DNA from: Candidatus Bathyarchaeota archaeon
Lineage (GTDB): Archaea; Thermoproteota; Bathyarchaeia; Bathyarchaeales; Bathycorpusculaceae
Length of the DNA: 64,000 bases
Reading direction: 5' to 3'
Assembly (NCBI GenBank): GCA_963828195.1
Contig: CAWHDT010000005.1
Span: forward strand, 512,001-576,000
Shown piece by piece: positions 9,846-20,723 of this stretch (positions within the stretch are counted from its first letter, which is position 1; every line of letters begins with the position of its first letter). Both the position numbers and the translations under genes were made by a program. The notes under the pieces were generated by a model. It was given only the letters and a program-made list of their open reading frames with translations, was not told the DNA's origin and did no database searches.

Positions 9846-10004
9846 ATGACCAAAGAGAAAAAACGCCGAGTTTGCGCTAGAGTTGACAAATCAATTGTTG
9901 AAGAAATGGAGCAAATGCGTGATAAAACAGGCGTTCCAGTTAGCAAGCAAGTAGAGTTACGATTGAAGGGATTTACATTAACAAAAGCCCCAAAAAGTGA
10001 GTAA
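9846..10004 (+). CDS. Small RHH-like DNA-binding protein (52 aa)
   Basis: Manual translation MTKEKKRRVCARVDKSIVEEMEQMRDKTGVPVSKQVELRL...; strand-helix-helix pattern. Confidence 0.6.
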   Translation: MTKEKKRRVCARVDKSIVEEMEQMRDKTGVPVSKQVELRLKGFTLTKAPKSE

Positions 10005-10077
10005 AATTCCCGCATAAGATTTTCCATAAAGCTTATAATTATTGGCTCGGTTCAGCCTACTTGAAGGCAAAGTAAAG

Positions 10078-10989
10078 ATGCATCTGATTAATTTCAAAGA
10101 GCTATCCAGTCAAGAGCTTACTGGTATTGTTGACTTAGGCATTGAAGTTAAGCATAACCCTAAAAAATACCACAGCGCCTTTGAGGATAAGTTGGCTGCG
10201 TTGATTTTCCAGAAAACCTCCACGCGCACAAGGGTTGCTTTTGAGGTTGCGGCTACACAGCTTGGCGGCCACGGCTTGTTTATTGATTGGCGAACCACGA
10301 ACTTCACGTTGGCGGACATTTCGGATGAGATCCGCTATTTGTCACGTAATGTTGACTGCATAATGGCGAGACTGCTGTACAACTCGGATCTAATGAAGAT
10401 GGCTAATGCCTCGCGTGTTCCAGTCATCAACGGCTGCGACGAAAAATACCATCCAAGCCAAGCCCTAGCCGATTTAATCACCGTAAAAGAGAAAAAGGGG
10501 ACGCTAAAGGGCGCTAAACTGGTCTATATCGGCGTCCACAACAACGTTTGCAACTCGCTAATAGAAGGCTGCACAAAAACGGGGGTAAACCTAACAACGG
10601 TCACGCCGATTTTCAATGAGGCGGCACGCGACGACGAGTTGCTGGCTGAAGCGAAGAAAACGGGGCTTTGGCAATCCACCTTGGACGCAAAAAAAGCCGT
10701 CAAAGACACCGACTTCGTCTATACGGACACTTGGATTGACATGGAGTTCTTCACGGACCCGAAGTTTGAATCTGAGAAGGAGAAGCGGATTAAACTTATG
10801 ATGCCTTACCAAATCAACGCTGAACTGCTCAAAGGCAGCAACGCATACATCATGCATGACATGCCCATCCACCGCGGATACGAAATAAGCGCAGAAGCGA
10901 TTGAGAACCCCAAGGCAGTGATTTACGAGCAGGCAGAAAACAGGCTTTATGCGGCTAAGGCAATTTTGTTAAAGTTGATGAGCACTTAA
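10078..10989 (+). CDS. argF: Ornithine carbamoyltransferase
   Basis: KTSTRTR, HPSQALAD, YTDTWIDM and QAENRL motifs. Confidence 0.93.
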   Translation: MHLINFKELSSQELTGIVDLGIEVKHNPKKYHSAFEDKLAALIFQKTSTRTRVAFEVAATQLGGHGLFIDWRTTNFTLADISDEIRYLSRNVDCIMARLLYNSDLMKMANASRVPVINGCDEKYHPSQALADLITVKEKKGTLKGAKLVYIGVHNNVCNSLIEGCTKTGVNLTTVTPIFNEAARDDELLAEAKKTGLWQSTLDAKKAVKDTDFVYTDTWIDMEFFTDPKFESEKEKRIKLMMPYQINAELLKGSNAYIMHDMPIHRGYEISAEAIENPKAVIYEQAENRLYAAKAILLKLMST

Positions 10990-11325
10990 GCACTTTCTTT
11001 TCACATTTTTGTAGTAGTTTTTGCACAAATTTCCGTGTTGGCTGTACCTCATGATGGGCAACCGAGGCTGGAAAAAAAGAAGCAAAAGAAGTTAGGCACC
11101 CAAGATAAACTGTACAGTTGCCCCGAGATTACCCAATCCAAAGAGTCTCAGCAAGCCCCTTGAAATGCTGGTCGCCTGTTCAAACCTTCGAATCCATCCC
11201 TAAAACTGCCTTAATCAATTAAAGCAAGGGCAAAAAGTCAGAAGGCTCATAAGTATCTTGTAATCAAATAGCAAATTGAATCCAAGCTAAGAAAGGCTAT
11301 AGCTAATGACAGAGGAGGAAAAGGA

Positions 11326-11778
11326 TTGACTAAAGCAAGCTACAAAGATAGACTTCTTGCTAATTTAGGCTTAATAGGCGTTATCGCCTTTTTTTTCGGT
11401 GCAGAACTCATTTACACCGCCCTAAGCAACATTATTGTCTTTAATATCAACCTCAGCGATGAAGCAAGAAATCTTTACTTTTTGTCAGGTTCATTTTTCT
11501 TGTTTTTCGGTATTTATATTATTAATCATTTTAGAAGACCTAAAGAGTCAACCAGAGAGTTGACTATCATAGCTAAAATAGGTGGATTGTTGCTTTTAAC
11601 AATCAGTTTGTTTTGGCTTCTAAACTGTGTTAACGCTTTGTGGTATTTCTCATTCAAAACTGACCATTCACAAGCATCTATAATGTTGTATTCTTATCAA
11701 GACTTTTTTGGCGATGGATTTCTTCTTTTTGGACTTGGAATTTGGTTACTAATCAAAAGAAAAGAAGATTTAGCCTAA
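11326..11778 (+). CDS. Hypothetical 4-TM membrane protein
   Basis: ORF with four hydrophobic segments. Confidence 0.6.
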   Translation: MTKASYKDRLLANLGLIGVIAFFFGAELIYTALSNIIVFNINLSDEARNLYFLSGSFFLFFGIYIINHFRRPKESTRELTIIAKIGGLLLLTISLFWLLNCVNALWYFSFKTDHSQASIMLYSYQDFFGDGFLLFGLGIWLLIKRKEDLA

Positions 11779-11975
11779 GAAGAAAAACAAGCGACGGCAA
11801 AAAACTTAACCACGCTGCACATAGGCGATTTCGTTGGGGATGGTAATGTTTCTTTTTACTGTTAAGCTGTGGATACAGAGCTTTTTCTGGATTCAAACAG
11901 ATCGGTTGTTTTCCCAAAAAGCAGAATTCTTAATTACCTCGTCTTCTATGGGTTCTGGTTTGAGGTTACAATGAT

Positions 11976-13043
11976 ATGGTTAAGATTGATTTCGGTGGCG
12001 TCAAGGAAGATGTCATCACACGTAAAGAGTTCACGGTGGAGCAAGCCCAAAAAATCCTAAAAGACGAAGTTGTTGTTTCCCTTGGCTACGGCATTCAAGG
12101 CCAAGCGCAGTCGCTCAACATGCGGGACAACGGCGTGAAAGTAATCATTGGACAGGAAAAAGAAGGCGTCTTCAAAAAAGAATGGGACAAGGCAATTGCA
12201 GACGGATGGAAACCAGGCGAAAACCTCTTTCCAATGGAGGAGGCAGCCAAAAAAGGCACCATCAAAATGTACCTACTTACCGACTCAGCACAAAAAGCAG
12301 TATGGCCAAAAGTCAAAGCAACCCTCAAAAAAGGCGACGCACTCTACTTCAGCCACGGCTTTAGCATCGTTTACAAAGAACAAACAGGCGTCATCCCACC
12401 CGCAGACATCGACGTCATCCTTGTTGCACCAAAAGGCTCAGGTACATCCGTGCGCAGAAACTTTGTTGACGGCAGCGGCATAAACTGCAGCTTCGCGGTC
12501 CACCAAGATGCAACGGGCAAAGCAATGGATCGGGCAAAAGCGCTGGGCATAGCTATCGGCGCAGGGTATCTATTTCCAACTACTTTTGAAAAAGAAGTTT
12601 ACAGCGACCTTACAGGCGAACGCGGCACACTGATGGGCGCACTCGCAGGAATCCTTGAGGCACAGTACAACACTCTTCGGGCTCACGGTCACAGCCCAAG
12701 CGAAGCATTCAACGAATCAGTCGAAGAACTCACGCAGAGCCTAATCCGCTTAGTTGACGAGAACGGCATGGACTGGATGTACTGCAACTGCAGCGAAACC
12801 GCACGCATCGGCGCACTACGCTGGAGACCCCGATTCCGCGAAGCCACACAGCCAGTGTTTGATTCACTCTACGAGCTTGTCGCCGCCGGCGAAGAAACAC
12901 GCATCGTACTGGAAAAGAGCAAAGCACCCGACTACCGCCAGAAACTTGCCGACGAACTCAAAGAGATGGGCAACAGCGAAATGTGGCGTGCAGGCGCAAC
13001 CGTGCGTTCACTACGCCCCAGTAAACCAAAGAAGCCAGAATAA
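11976..13043 (+). CDS. ilvC: Ketol-acid reductoisomerase
   Basis: GYGIQGQAQSLN, FSHGF, VAPKG and SDLTGERGTLMG motifs. Confidence 0.96.
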   Translation: MVKIDFGGVKEDVITRKEFTVEQAQKILKDEVVVSLGYGIQGQAQSLNMRDNGVKVIIGQEKEGVFKKEWDKAIADGWKPGENLFPMEEAAKKGTIKMYLLTDSAQKAVWPKVKATLKKGDALYFSHGFSIVYKEQTGVIPPADIDVILVAPKGSGTSVRRNFVDGSGINCSFAVHQDATGKAMDRAKALGIAIGAGYLFPTTFEKEVYSDLTGERGTLMGALAGILEAQYNTLRAHGHSPSEAFNESVEELTQSLIRLVDENGMDWMYCNCSETARIGALRWRPRFREATQPVFDSLYELVAAGEETRIVLEKSKAPDYRQKLADELKEMGNSEMWRAGATVRSLRPSKPKKPE

Positions 13044-13189
13044 GCTTCTCTCTATTTCTATATTTTTGTCTCTGATTTTTAGCAGAAGCTTAGCAAACAG
13101 ACTCGGGTCTAAAAAACTAAAATAAAAAGAACCCCAAAAGTTTAGGGGCTAAAATGTAGAACCTAAGATTCTAAGGTGACAAGATTAGT

Positions 13190-13318
13190 TTAGAGCCATA
13201 ACTTAGAACGTACGCTTTTGCATGAGCAACAAACTGTGTAAATCTCTTGCTCATTTTTTATGACCAGTTCGGTCTCTGCCGTCGACTTACAATTCGGGCA
13301 GACATCATTATTCATCAT
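13190..13318 (-). CDS. Zinc-finger micro-protein (42 aa)
   Basis: MMNNDVCPNCKS...VCCSCKSVRSKLWL with GGAG RBS upstream. Confidence 0.55.
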   Translation of the reverse strand: MMNNDVCPNCKSTAETELVIKNEQEIYTVCCSCKSVRSKLWL

Positions 13319-13615
13319 ATATTCATCTCCAATTTACTTTGAGGCAGGCTTACATGAACCAAAAATTTGAGTTTCAGCGTGGCTTATTGCGTTAACAGTA
13401 AGGGCACAAAACCAGTTTTTTGGGTATCTTGTTTATGCTGTCGATTACTAGTTATAACTTGCTTTGCTAAAATATATCTGTTTCCCAACTGCCTACTCTA
13501 ATTAACTTGAAATCAATGTATTTTTCAAAATATGTTTTCGGTTTCCTATACAGGGCGTAGGCTAATTTTTTATATCTGAAGCCAACGCTTTGCTAAACAA
13601 TACGGGGTCTAATCA

Positions 13616-14962
13616 TTGGAGTACATAATCATCGCTGCAGTTGCTGTCTTTGCGGTGACGCTGTTTTTGATGATTAAGCGCCCGTTTGGTTTGCGACTGG
13701 GTTACGCGGCTGGAATCGGGGCGGCGGCTTCGCTTTTGCTTGGCACGGTTAGTTTGGGGCAGGCGGCGCAGTCTTTCCTCAATATTTGGGATGCAGCTTT
13801 GGCGTTTTTGGGCATTGTGGCGTTGTCGGTTACGTTGGATGCTATGGGTTTCTTCAGGTGGGCAGCCTTGCGAGTTGTGAAGTTGGCGGGTGGCAGTGGG
13901 CTGCGTCTTTTCTTTTATGTTTCTTTGTTGACTGCGGCGGTAAGTATTCTTTTTGCGAATGACAGCGCAGTTTTGATTTTGACGCCTATAGTTTTGGAGA
14001 TTGTAACTTGTTTAGGCATGGATTATAAGGGGAAGCTTGCATACCTGTTCAGCGCAGGCTTAATGGCTGACACCGCAGCTATGCCGCTAATCACAAGCAA
14101 CCCTATCAACATTTTAAGCGCTGATTTTTTCAAGTACACTTTCGTTGACCACCTGATTTTCATGGGTCCAGTGGCGGTTGCCGTTACCCTCGTCAGTTTA
14201 TTGTTGTTTTACTTGTTTTTTAGAAAACAAATCCCCAAAGCTTACGACATGGAAGCTGCAGACGCGTTAACTGCGGGTAAACCCGTGATTTCGCCGTTTT
14301 TGCTCAGGGTAAGTCTGGCTGCGCTTGTAGCTATTGATGTAGGCTATGTATTGACGTCTTTGAACCGGTTCCCCGTTTCAATTGTGATTTGCAGCGGTGC
14401 AGCGTTTCTGGTGGTGGTTTACTGGTTTTCGCTGAAGTGGAATGGGTCGGTTAACGGCCAAAAGAAAGGACTCATTGGCTTGGCAAAAGACATCAACTGG
14501 GACATTGTACTGTTTATGTTTAGCATCTTCCTTGTCGTTCAAGGATTAGAAACAGCCGGAGTCACAAACCTATTAGCTTCTGTCCTCTTGGCCACTAGCA
14601 AGTTTCCATCTGTGCTGGGAATTTTTGCTCCAAGCATGGTTATAACCGTTGGAGCAAGCTTCATGAATAATTGGCCCATGACAATTCTCGGATTGCTTAG
14701 CATCCAGCACATTGGAGCGACTGGAACAGCCCTGACAGGACTGATTTTCAGCAACATCATCGGAAACAACCTGGGACCCCACTTTTTCCCACTGGGCTCA
14801 CTCGCGATTGTGATATGGCTGGAAACGATGAAGCGCAAAGGCGTAACCATTAGCCTTAAAGAGTACCTAAAAATTGGCGCAGTCTTGTCGATAGCGCAAG
14901 TTGCAATCGCATCGACTGTACTGTGGGCTGAATTAAGTATGGGCTTACACTTGATTGTTTAA
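13616..14962 (+). CDS. ArsB/NhaD-family permease
   Basis: FANDSAVLILTP, PLITSNPIN and NLGPHFFPLGSLA motifs; about 12 TMs. Confidence 0.88.
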   Translation: MEYIIIAAVAVFAVTLFLMIKRPFGLRLGYAAGIGAAASLLLGTVSLGQAAQSFLNIWDAALAFLGIVALSVTLDAMGFFRWAALRVVKLAGGSGLRLFFYVSLLTAAVSILFANDSAVLILTPIVLEIVTCLGMDYKGKLAYLFSAGLMADTAAMPLITSNPINILSADFFKYTFVDHLIFMGPVAVAVTLVSLLLFYLFFRKQIPKAYDMEAADALTAGKPVISPFLLRVSLAALVAIDVGYVLTSLNRFPVSIVICSGAAFLVVVYWFSLKWNGSVNGQKKGLIGLAKDINWDIVLFMFSIFLVVQGLETAGVTNLLASVLLATSKFPSVLGIFAPSMVITVGASFMNNWPMTILGLLSIQHIGATGTALTGLIFSNIIGNNLGPHFFPLGSLAIVIWLETMKRKGVTISLKEYLKIGAVLSIAQVAIASTVLWAELSMGLHLIV

Positions 14963-15988
14963 TGTGCTAAGTATTTCCCTGTAGGCCTTTAATGCTTCAT
15001 CTTCGCTTTGAACGTTTTTTATCAGCATGCGTCCGCCGTTAAACAAGCTGACTTTATAGGTTTTGTAGTTGAACATGAGGGCTAAACGTGACTTCAAACG
15101 AACCTTAAACTGCTTGTTTACCGTGGGGTAAACTTCCTCAAGGTTTAGTTTGAGCGGTTTTTCTGGGTTGATGTTTGCTGTGTCTTTGCCGCAGAGCCAA
15201 ACCAGCCGTTCCCCGCCAGCAACCGAAGATAAGCCGCCGTGGCAGACTGGGCAGCGCGTGCTTTTCGAGATATCTATGCTTGTGAAATCCATGTCGCTGA
15301 AGTCACAGACAAGCAGTTTGCCCTTCAATGTTGAGCCGATTCCCGCTAAGAGTTTTATTGTTTCCATGGCTTGCAGAGACCCGATTATTCCAGTTGTTGC
15401 GCCGAGGACTCCGCGGGTGTTGCATGTTAGTAAATCTGCGTCGGAGAGGTTAGGCATCAGACATTCCAGGCAGCCGGTTTCGGGCGGAGCAAACACGGAG
15501 AGGTTGCCTTCGATGCCGATCGCTGCGCCGAAAACATATGGAATTTTCAGTTTCACGCAGGCACGATTAACGAGGTAACGAGTCACCATATTATCTAAAC
15601 CGTCAACAACGCAATCCACGCCGTCTAAAAGCCCCATGACGTTGCTTGCGTTCACATTTTCTGGAATCGCCTCAGCTTTCACGAGCGGGTTAAGTTTTTC
15701 CAGTTTTTTTGCGGCAACCTCTGTTTTGGGATAATGCAAGTCTTCAGCGTTGTAGAGGATTTGCCTGTGCAGGTTGTGGGTTTCTATGGTGTCTTGGTCG
15801 ATTAAGCGTATGTGGCCTACGCCCGCCAACGCAAGGTAGAGTGAAGAAACCGTTCCTAAGCCGCCTGCGCCGACGACTGCAACTTTTGATTTGGCTAGTT
15901 GCTGTTGACCCTTTTCGCCGAGTTCTTTTAGTATTGTTTGGCGACTGTAGAATTCTTTAGCGAAAGCTCTCTTTTGCGCCGCATCCAC
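14945..15988 (-). CDS. ThiF/MoeB (UbaA-like E1) adenylyltransferase
   Basis: YSRQ, VGAGGLG, NLHRQ and two CxxC pairs. Confidence 0.92.
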   Translation of the reverse strand: MDAAQKRAFAKEFYSRQTILKELGEKGQQQLAKSKVAVVGAGGLGTVSSLYLALAGVGHIRLIDQDTIETHNLHRQILYNAEDLHYPKTEVAAKKLEKLNPLVKAEAIPENVNASNVMGLLDGVDCVVDGLDNMVTRYLVNRACVKLKIPYVFGAAIGIEGNLSVFAPPETGCLECLMPNLSDADLLTCNTRGVLGATTGIIGSLQAMETIKLLAGIGSTLKGKLLVCDFSDMDFTSIDISKSTRCPVCHGGLSSVAGGERLVWLCGKDTANINPEKPLKLNLEEVYPTVNKQFKVRLKSRLALMFNYKTYKVSLFNGGRMLIKNVQSEDEALKAYREILSTLNNQV

Positions 15989-16377
15989 TTTAACCAGTCC
16001 TCAGAGTGAAGTGTTGTTATTCTATCTTATATTTTGCCTTTATTTCAAAATGAATCAAGAGTTTTGAGTGGGGTTTGTGGTTGTTCGCTTTGTTAAGTTG
16101 GAAGGAAATGCGGTGTTTTTTGGGAAAATGTTTATAGGCAAAGCTACTACCTTTGATAGTAGCTGACAAAGAAAGAAAAAAATAGCTGCAACCAAGGCAA
16201 AAGCCGCCTCCACAAACGGAACAAACAAGCCGATGAATCAATTCTCCTTTCCACCGGCTTGAAAAACCGCTAGCCCCTTCTCAGTGGAGGCGGCGAAGCT
16301 CCCAGCCCCGAAAAGAACCGAGTTTTCAATGGCGAAAACAGTTGACGTCTGGGGCATTATTGGGGTTTGAGGAATGG

Positions 16378-18072
16378 CTATGTTTCTTGGAATTTACCTT
16401 TAATCTTGAACTGCCTTTCATATATGCCTCTGACTTTGTCGATTGTATCTGCTTCCCGGGGCGTTTTGTCGTCCCTTATCCTACTTATGCGGGCAAACCG
16501 CAGTGCCATTTGGCTTTTGTATTTGGGACTTCTCTGAATCTCGTTATAAAGTACCTCGACAACGATTTTGGGGATAACTATCACTCGGTGTCCGCTTTGC
16601 CCGACGGCATACTGCTTTAACTGCTTGGTCATTTCGATGATTTCTGCGTCGGTTAAGCCCTTGAAGGTTTTGCCAACATTCAAAAACTCGTCTGTCTGGG
16701 GGTCTCTTGCCCCAAGATAGTAGTCGGAAAGCCAACCTTTCCGTCTGCCATAACCGTATTCTGCAGCGGTTATAACAAGGTCTAAGGGTTCAAGAACCAT
16801 TTTTATTTTGAGCCACTTTTTGCCCCGTCTTCCAGGGGTGTACGGGCTGTCGATTTTTTTCGCCATCAGCCCTTCGTGCCCAGCATCTATTGCTTCCTTA
16901 AGAAAAGCCTCTGCTTCCCCGATTTCTTCAGTGACCATTTGTTTTGACAGGGGAATTTCCTCTGCAGTCTGTGCCAGGATTTGCCTGCGCTGCATGTAGG
17001 GCTTCGCGATGAGGCTTTCACCGTTAAGGTAGAGAACATCAAAAAGGTAAAGCGTTAAAGGGATTCTCTGCGCCGTGCTCTTGACGTCGCGGGTTCGTTT
17101 GAATCGGCGCATTAAATGTTGAAATGCGATGGGGTAGCCGGCGCTGTCGAGTGCAACGACTTCGCCTTCAATGATAGCTGACTGAGCGTCGAGGTTCCGT
17201 TTTACAGCTTCAACGATTTCTGGCAAACTCATCGTCACGTTAGTTAGTCTTCGGCTGAAAATCTCCACGTGACCGTTCTGCAAATGAATTTGAACCCTTG
17301 CCCCGTCGTACTTGTATTCGAAGGCGGTTTTGCATCTTTGCTCGGTCAATGCTTCTTTTACTGTTTGAGCTGTTTGGGCGAGCATAAGTTTTACTGGTCT
17401 AAAAACGCTGAAGCCTGCTTTTTCCAAGCCGACTACGCCATGGGTTTTCAGCATTTTGGATACTTCACCTATATCGCCAAGAACCATGCTTGCGTGCTGA
17501 ACCTTCTGGACAGGAACGTCGAAGGCGCTTGCAACTGCTTGCTCCATTAAGCCTTCCTGCAGACCCGTCCGCATCTCCCCAGTGAAGATTTTGACGAGGT
17601 ACTTCGCTTCAGCTGGGGTTGCTTGGCTGAGCAGAGCGGTGATTAGGCGTTCTTTTTTGGTTCGGGAACGGGCGCCTGAGGTTTGGGCGATGGCTTCGAA
17701 TGCTCGCCTGACTTCAGTTATGGTTAACGACCGTTCTGTGAGCTGGGTTTGCTTTTTCGCTTTTGCTTGCTCCAGAACTGCTCTGGTGGCTGAGCCTATG
17801 TCGCCTGTACCTGCCATGGCTTCTTGGAAACGGTTCCAGTCAAACTCGCTTATGCGTTCAAAAACTCGGGTTAGAGTTGACCAGTTTACATCCAGCGATT
17901 TTTGGCCGTATTTTGGGAATGCTCTACCAACCATCATGTTTGTGGCGGGCTCAATCTCTTCCGGGCTGAGCGTTTTCAGGTAGTTCGCCGTTAAATCTAT
18001 GATTTCAAGCCGTTTCTTCGTAGCTTCGACCTTTTCAAGCAATTCGGAGAGGGATTTGAAAGATGCAGGCAT
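16378..18072 (-). CDS. lig: ATP-dependent DNA ligase
   Basis: EYKYDGAR, EGLMAK, WLKIK and LRFARI motifs. Confidence 0.96.
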   Translation of the reverse strand: MPASFKSLSELLEKVEATKKRLEIIDLTANYLKTLSPEEIEPATNMMVGRAFPKYGQKSLDVNWSTLTRVFERISEFDWNRFQEAMAGTGDIGSATRAVLEQAKAKKQTQLTERSLTITEVRRAFEAIAQTSGARSRTKKERLITALLSQATPAEAKYLVKIFTGEMRTGLQEGLMEQAVASAFDVPVQKVQHASMVLGDIGEVSKMLKTHGVVGLEKAGFSVFRPVKLMLAQTAQTVKEALTEQRCKTAFEYKYDGARVQIHLQNGHVEIFSRRLTNVTMSLPEIVEAVKRNLDAQSAIIEGEVVALDSAGYPIAFQHLMRRFKRTRDVKSTAQRIPLTLYLFDVLYLNGESLIAKPYMQRRQILAQTAEEIPLSKQMVTEEIGEAEAFLKEAIDAGHEGLMAKKIDSPYTPGRRGKKWLKIKMVLEPLDLVITAAEYGYGRRKGWLSDYYLGARDPQTDEFLNVGKTFKGLTDAEIIEMTKQLKQYAVGQSGHRVIVIPKIVVEVLYNEIQRSPKYKSQMALRFARISRIRDDKTPREADTIDKVRGIYERQFKIKGKFQET

Positions 18073-18193
18073 AGTTTGAACCGAAAAACGTGGCTAATAA
18101 AATATGCATCTAGGCTGCTTATTAATGCATTTTTGCAAAATAAGAAAGAGGTTTTGCAAGGAAAAAAGGTAATCTAGCAGATAGCTGAGGCGA

Positions 18194-18598
18194 TTAGGAA
18201 AATACTGAAAACGTTGATTCACCTTCGGGTTCCTTTTGTTTATCGTTGAATTCCTTAATTTTCTTGTCGAGTTCTTCTACTTCTTTGGTGTTGCCCAGCG
18301 TTTTTTGGCAGTCCCTTGCCTGCTCAAGTGCACTAACCCCATATCTGTCAAATGCCTTGCTAAACGAGATATCCGCCGATTTCATGAAAAACTCAGCGCC
18401 TTTTTTGCAGTCTTTGAGAGCAACAGCAGCTTCACCAGCTTTATAATTCATTTCCGCGGAGCCAAAATAGTTCTGTCCTTTATAGTAGAGCTCAGCAGTT
18501 TTGGCAAAGAGGTCTCTTGCTTCCTCAAACTTGCCATTTTCCATCAATGAAATGGCTTCTTTATGCATTTTGATTGGGTCTTCTCTTACGCTCATCAA
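18194..18598 (-). CDS. TPR/SNAP-like helical repeat protein
   Basis: Repeated A..F..AA..Y helical pattern. Confidence 0.6.
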   Translation of the reverse strand: MMSVREDPIKMHKEAISLMENGKFEEARDLFAKTAELYYKGQNYFGSAEMNYKAGEAAVALKDCKKGAEFFMKSADISFSKAFDRYGVSALEQARDCQKTLGNTKEVEELDKKIKEFNDKQKEPEGESTFSVFS

Positions 18599-18881
18599 CT
18601 ATTCACCTATCGTCATTATTTTGCGATGAACTCCCATTTAGATTTTCCCCTTTGGAAAGTTACTCTTAAAAAGCGAATGGAAAATTTTATGGCGAGCACC
18701 CCTGATTGGGTACTCTTAAGGCACTCTTAACTACAGAAGTTAAAAAAAATAATGTCTGATGTCGTTACTTTCTGAAAGGTTCGGCGCGCATTGATCAATA
18801 AGTTTCTTCACAGAAATGCGTTAGTTCAAGAGAAACGGTTTTTATCTATCCTTGGGCACTATTAATATGGAAATTAATTGA

Positions 18882-19688
18882 GTGGTTGACATAATGCATT
18901 CTCTAAAAATTGTTGTTACAACTTTTTTGGTATTAACGATTTTAGCTGGGGTCGGAACCAGTTTTGCGCTCACATCTGGGCCTTCTAGCGGTTATGTACA
19001 ATACCAGGTTGTTGCAAGCGGCAACAATAGCTACTTCCAGCCTGTCAGCGGCATCATAAACGAGACCGTCCAACCCACTGGACAAACGGGATTTGTAAAC
19101 CTCATACTAGGCATATCCTCAACAGCGGCAAATCTTACCTACGCTAAAGATGTGAACACTACTTCTCTGCCAGAAATCTTCCCGTACTTGCCTATCACAA
19201 CAAACGAGTCGATATCATATCAAACTCAAGGATTCTCCATCAGCGCAAACCTAATTAATGCAGGCCAGACGTCAGTCACCTTTAACGGCGCCGCGTACCA
19301 AGCGACAGAGTCTTTAATCGCCTTCTCAGCGGTAAACTCCTCCAATGCCCTGTCTTTTTCAGGAAATGGCACCATAATCACTATGCCGTCGGGTTTAATT
19401 GACACGGCTCAACTATCGCTGAACCAAACAGCCTCGATTAATGTGACCCTCTTATCGACAAATCTTTCCCTTAGCGCCCCAGCTAGTAAAATAAACCCTG
19501 TTGGAGCCTCTGTGCTTGGCATAGCTTTGGCAGCGGCTGTTGCAATTGCAGCCCCAACGATATACACGAGAGAGAAAAAGAAAAAACACGAAGAGCAAAC
19601 TCGGGAAAATAAAAATGAAAAAAGCCAAGAAAGCGATGCAAAACAAGAAAACGAGGACGAGAATAAGCCGTCTTACTGGGTTGACTAA
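18882..19688 (+). CDS. Surface protein with signal peptide and C-terminal TM anchor
   Basis: Hydrophobic N-terminus, S/T/N-rich body, TM plus charged tail. Confidence 0.7.
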   Translation: MVDIMHSLKIVVTTFLVLTILAGVGTSFALTSGPSSGYVQYQVVASGNNSYFQPVSGIINETVQPTGQTGFVNLILGISSTAANLTYAKDVNTTSLPEIFPYLPITTNESISYQTQGFSISANLINAGQTSVTFNGAAYQATESLIAFSAVNSSNALSFSGNGTIITMPSGLIDTAQLSLNQTASINVTLLSTNLSLSAPASKINPVGASVLGIALAAAVAIAAPTIYTREKKKKHEEQTRENKNEKSQESDAKQENEDENKPSYWVD

Positions 19689-19748
19689 CGTTGAGTAATG
19701 CGAAAAACGGTTATTTAGCAACAAACATGAAGGCTTAGGTGAGCTGGC

Positions 19749-20723
19749 ACGGCTAACTCTTCAGCGGTAATTGAGCTCAATGAAGCGGTGAAAGATTATG
19801 GCGGCAACAGACGGATTGGCCCAGTAAATCTCACGATTGGAAAAGGGGAGATCGTGGGGTTTCTCGGTCCTAACGGGTCAGGTAAAACAACTTGCATTAG
19901 GCTGATCTTAGGTTTAATGAGGTCGAGCTCGGGCACAGTGAAAGTCAACGGATTTGACCCAATCGCCAATCATGTTGAGGCTTTAAGGCATGTGGCGTAT
20001 TCTCCTGAGTTGCCTAATATTCAGACTTTTCTGAGCCCAAGAGAGCTTCTAAACTTGATTTCTCACGAACTCTATTTCCCAGATAACGCAAACAGGAAGA
20101 GCGAGATAGATAAAGTGATTGAACTAGTCGGGTTACATGACTACGCAGATACGAAGGTTGGCAAACTAAGTAAAGGTATGATTCAAAGGCTGAGCGTCGC
20201 CCAAGCATTGGTTGGCTCCCCTGAAACTTTGATTCTGGATGAACCGATGATCGGTTTAGATCCTGCGGGGGTAGCTCATTTTAGGGATGTTTTCCGAGAC
20301 TTCGCATCCAACGGGAAAGGTACAGTCTTCATGTCCTCGCATATTATGAGCGAAGTAGAGTCGCTTTGTACTTCTGTCGCGATGATTCACCATGGGAAAA
20401 TACTGTTCAAAGGGTCAGCAGACGAAGTGGTGGGAAAAGTTTTGGATTACTCTCTTGTTGAATTAGAGACTAGCCCCTTAACGCCTCTAACGGTTCAACA
20501 ATTAAAAGAAATTCCTGGGATAACCCAAATTAACATAGCCGATAAAAAAGATAAAGTCGCTATTGAAATTACAGTTTCTGAGCATCACCAAGACATCAGA
20601 CCAGAAGTCGCCGATATTGTGGTCAAGTCAGGCGCTAAACTCTACACTATCAAGCAGGGCGAAAACATGCTGGAGAGAGCTTACATAGAAGCGCTCAAAC
20701 AGACAAAAGGTGGCAAACCTTGA
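19749..20723 (+). CDS. ABC exporter ATP-binding subunit
   Basis: GPNGSGKTT, LSKGMIQR and LILDEP; frame open back to ACG at 19749, first standard start GTG 19788. Confidence 0.93.
   Translation, partial: TANSSAVIELNEAVKDYGGNRRIGPVNLTIGKGEIVGFLGPNGSGKTTCIRLILGLMRSSSGTVKVNGFDPIANHVEALRHVAYSPELPNIQTFLSPRELLNLISHELYFPDNANRKSEIDKVIELVGLHDYADTKVGKLSKGMIQRLSVAQALVGSPETLILDEPMIGLDPAGVAHFRDVFRDFASNGKGTVFMSSHIMSEVESLCTSVAMIHHGKILFKGSADEVVGKVLDYSLVELETSPLTPLTVQQLKEIPGITQINIADKKDKVAIEITVSEHHQDIRPEVADIVVKSGAKLYTIKQGENMLERAYIEALKQTKGGKP

Noticed and set aside
11160-11205. TTCGAATCC as a tRNA T-loop
   Set aside because: No T-stem, acceptor stem or CCA end.
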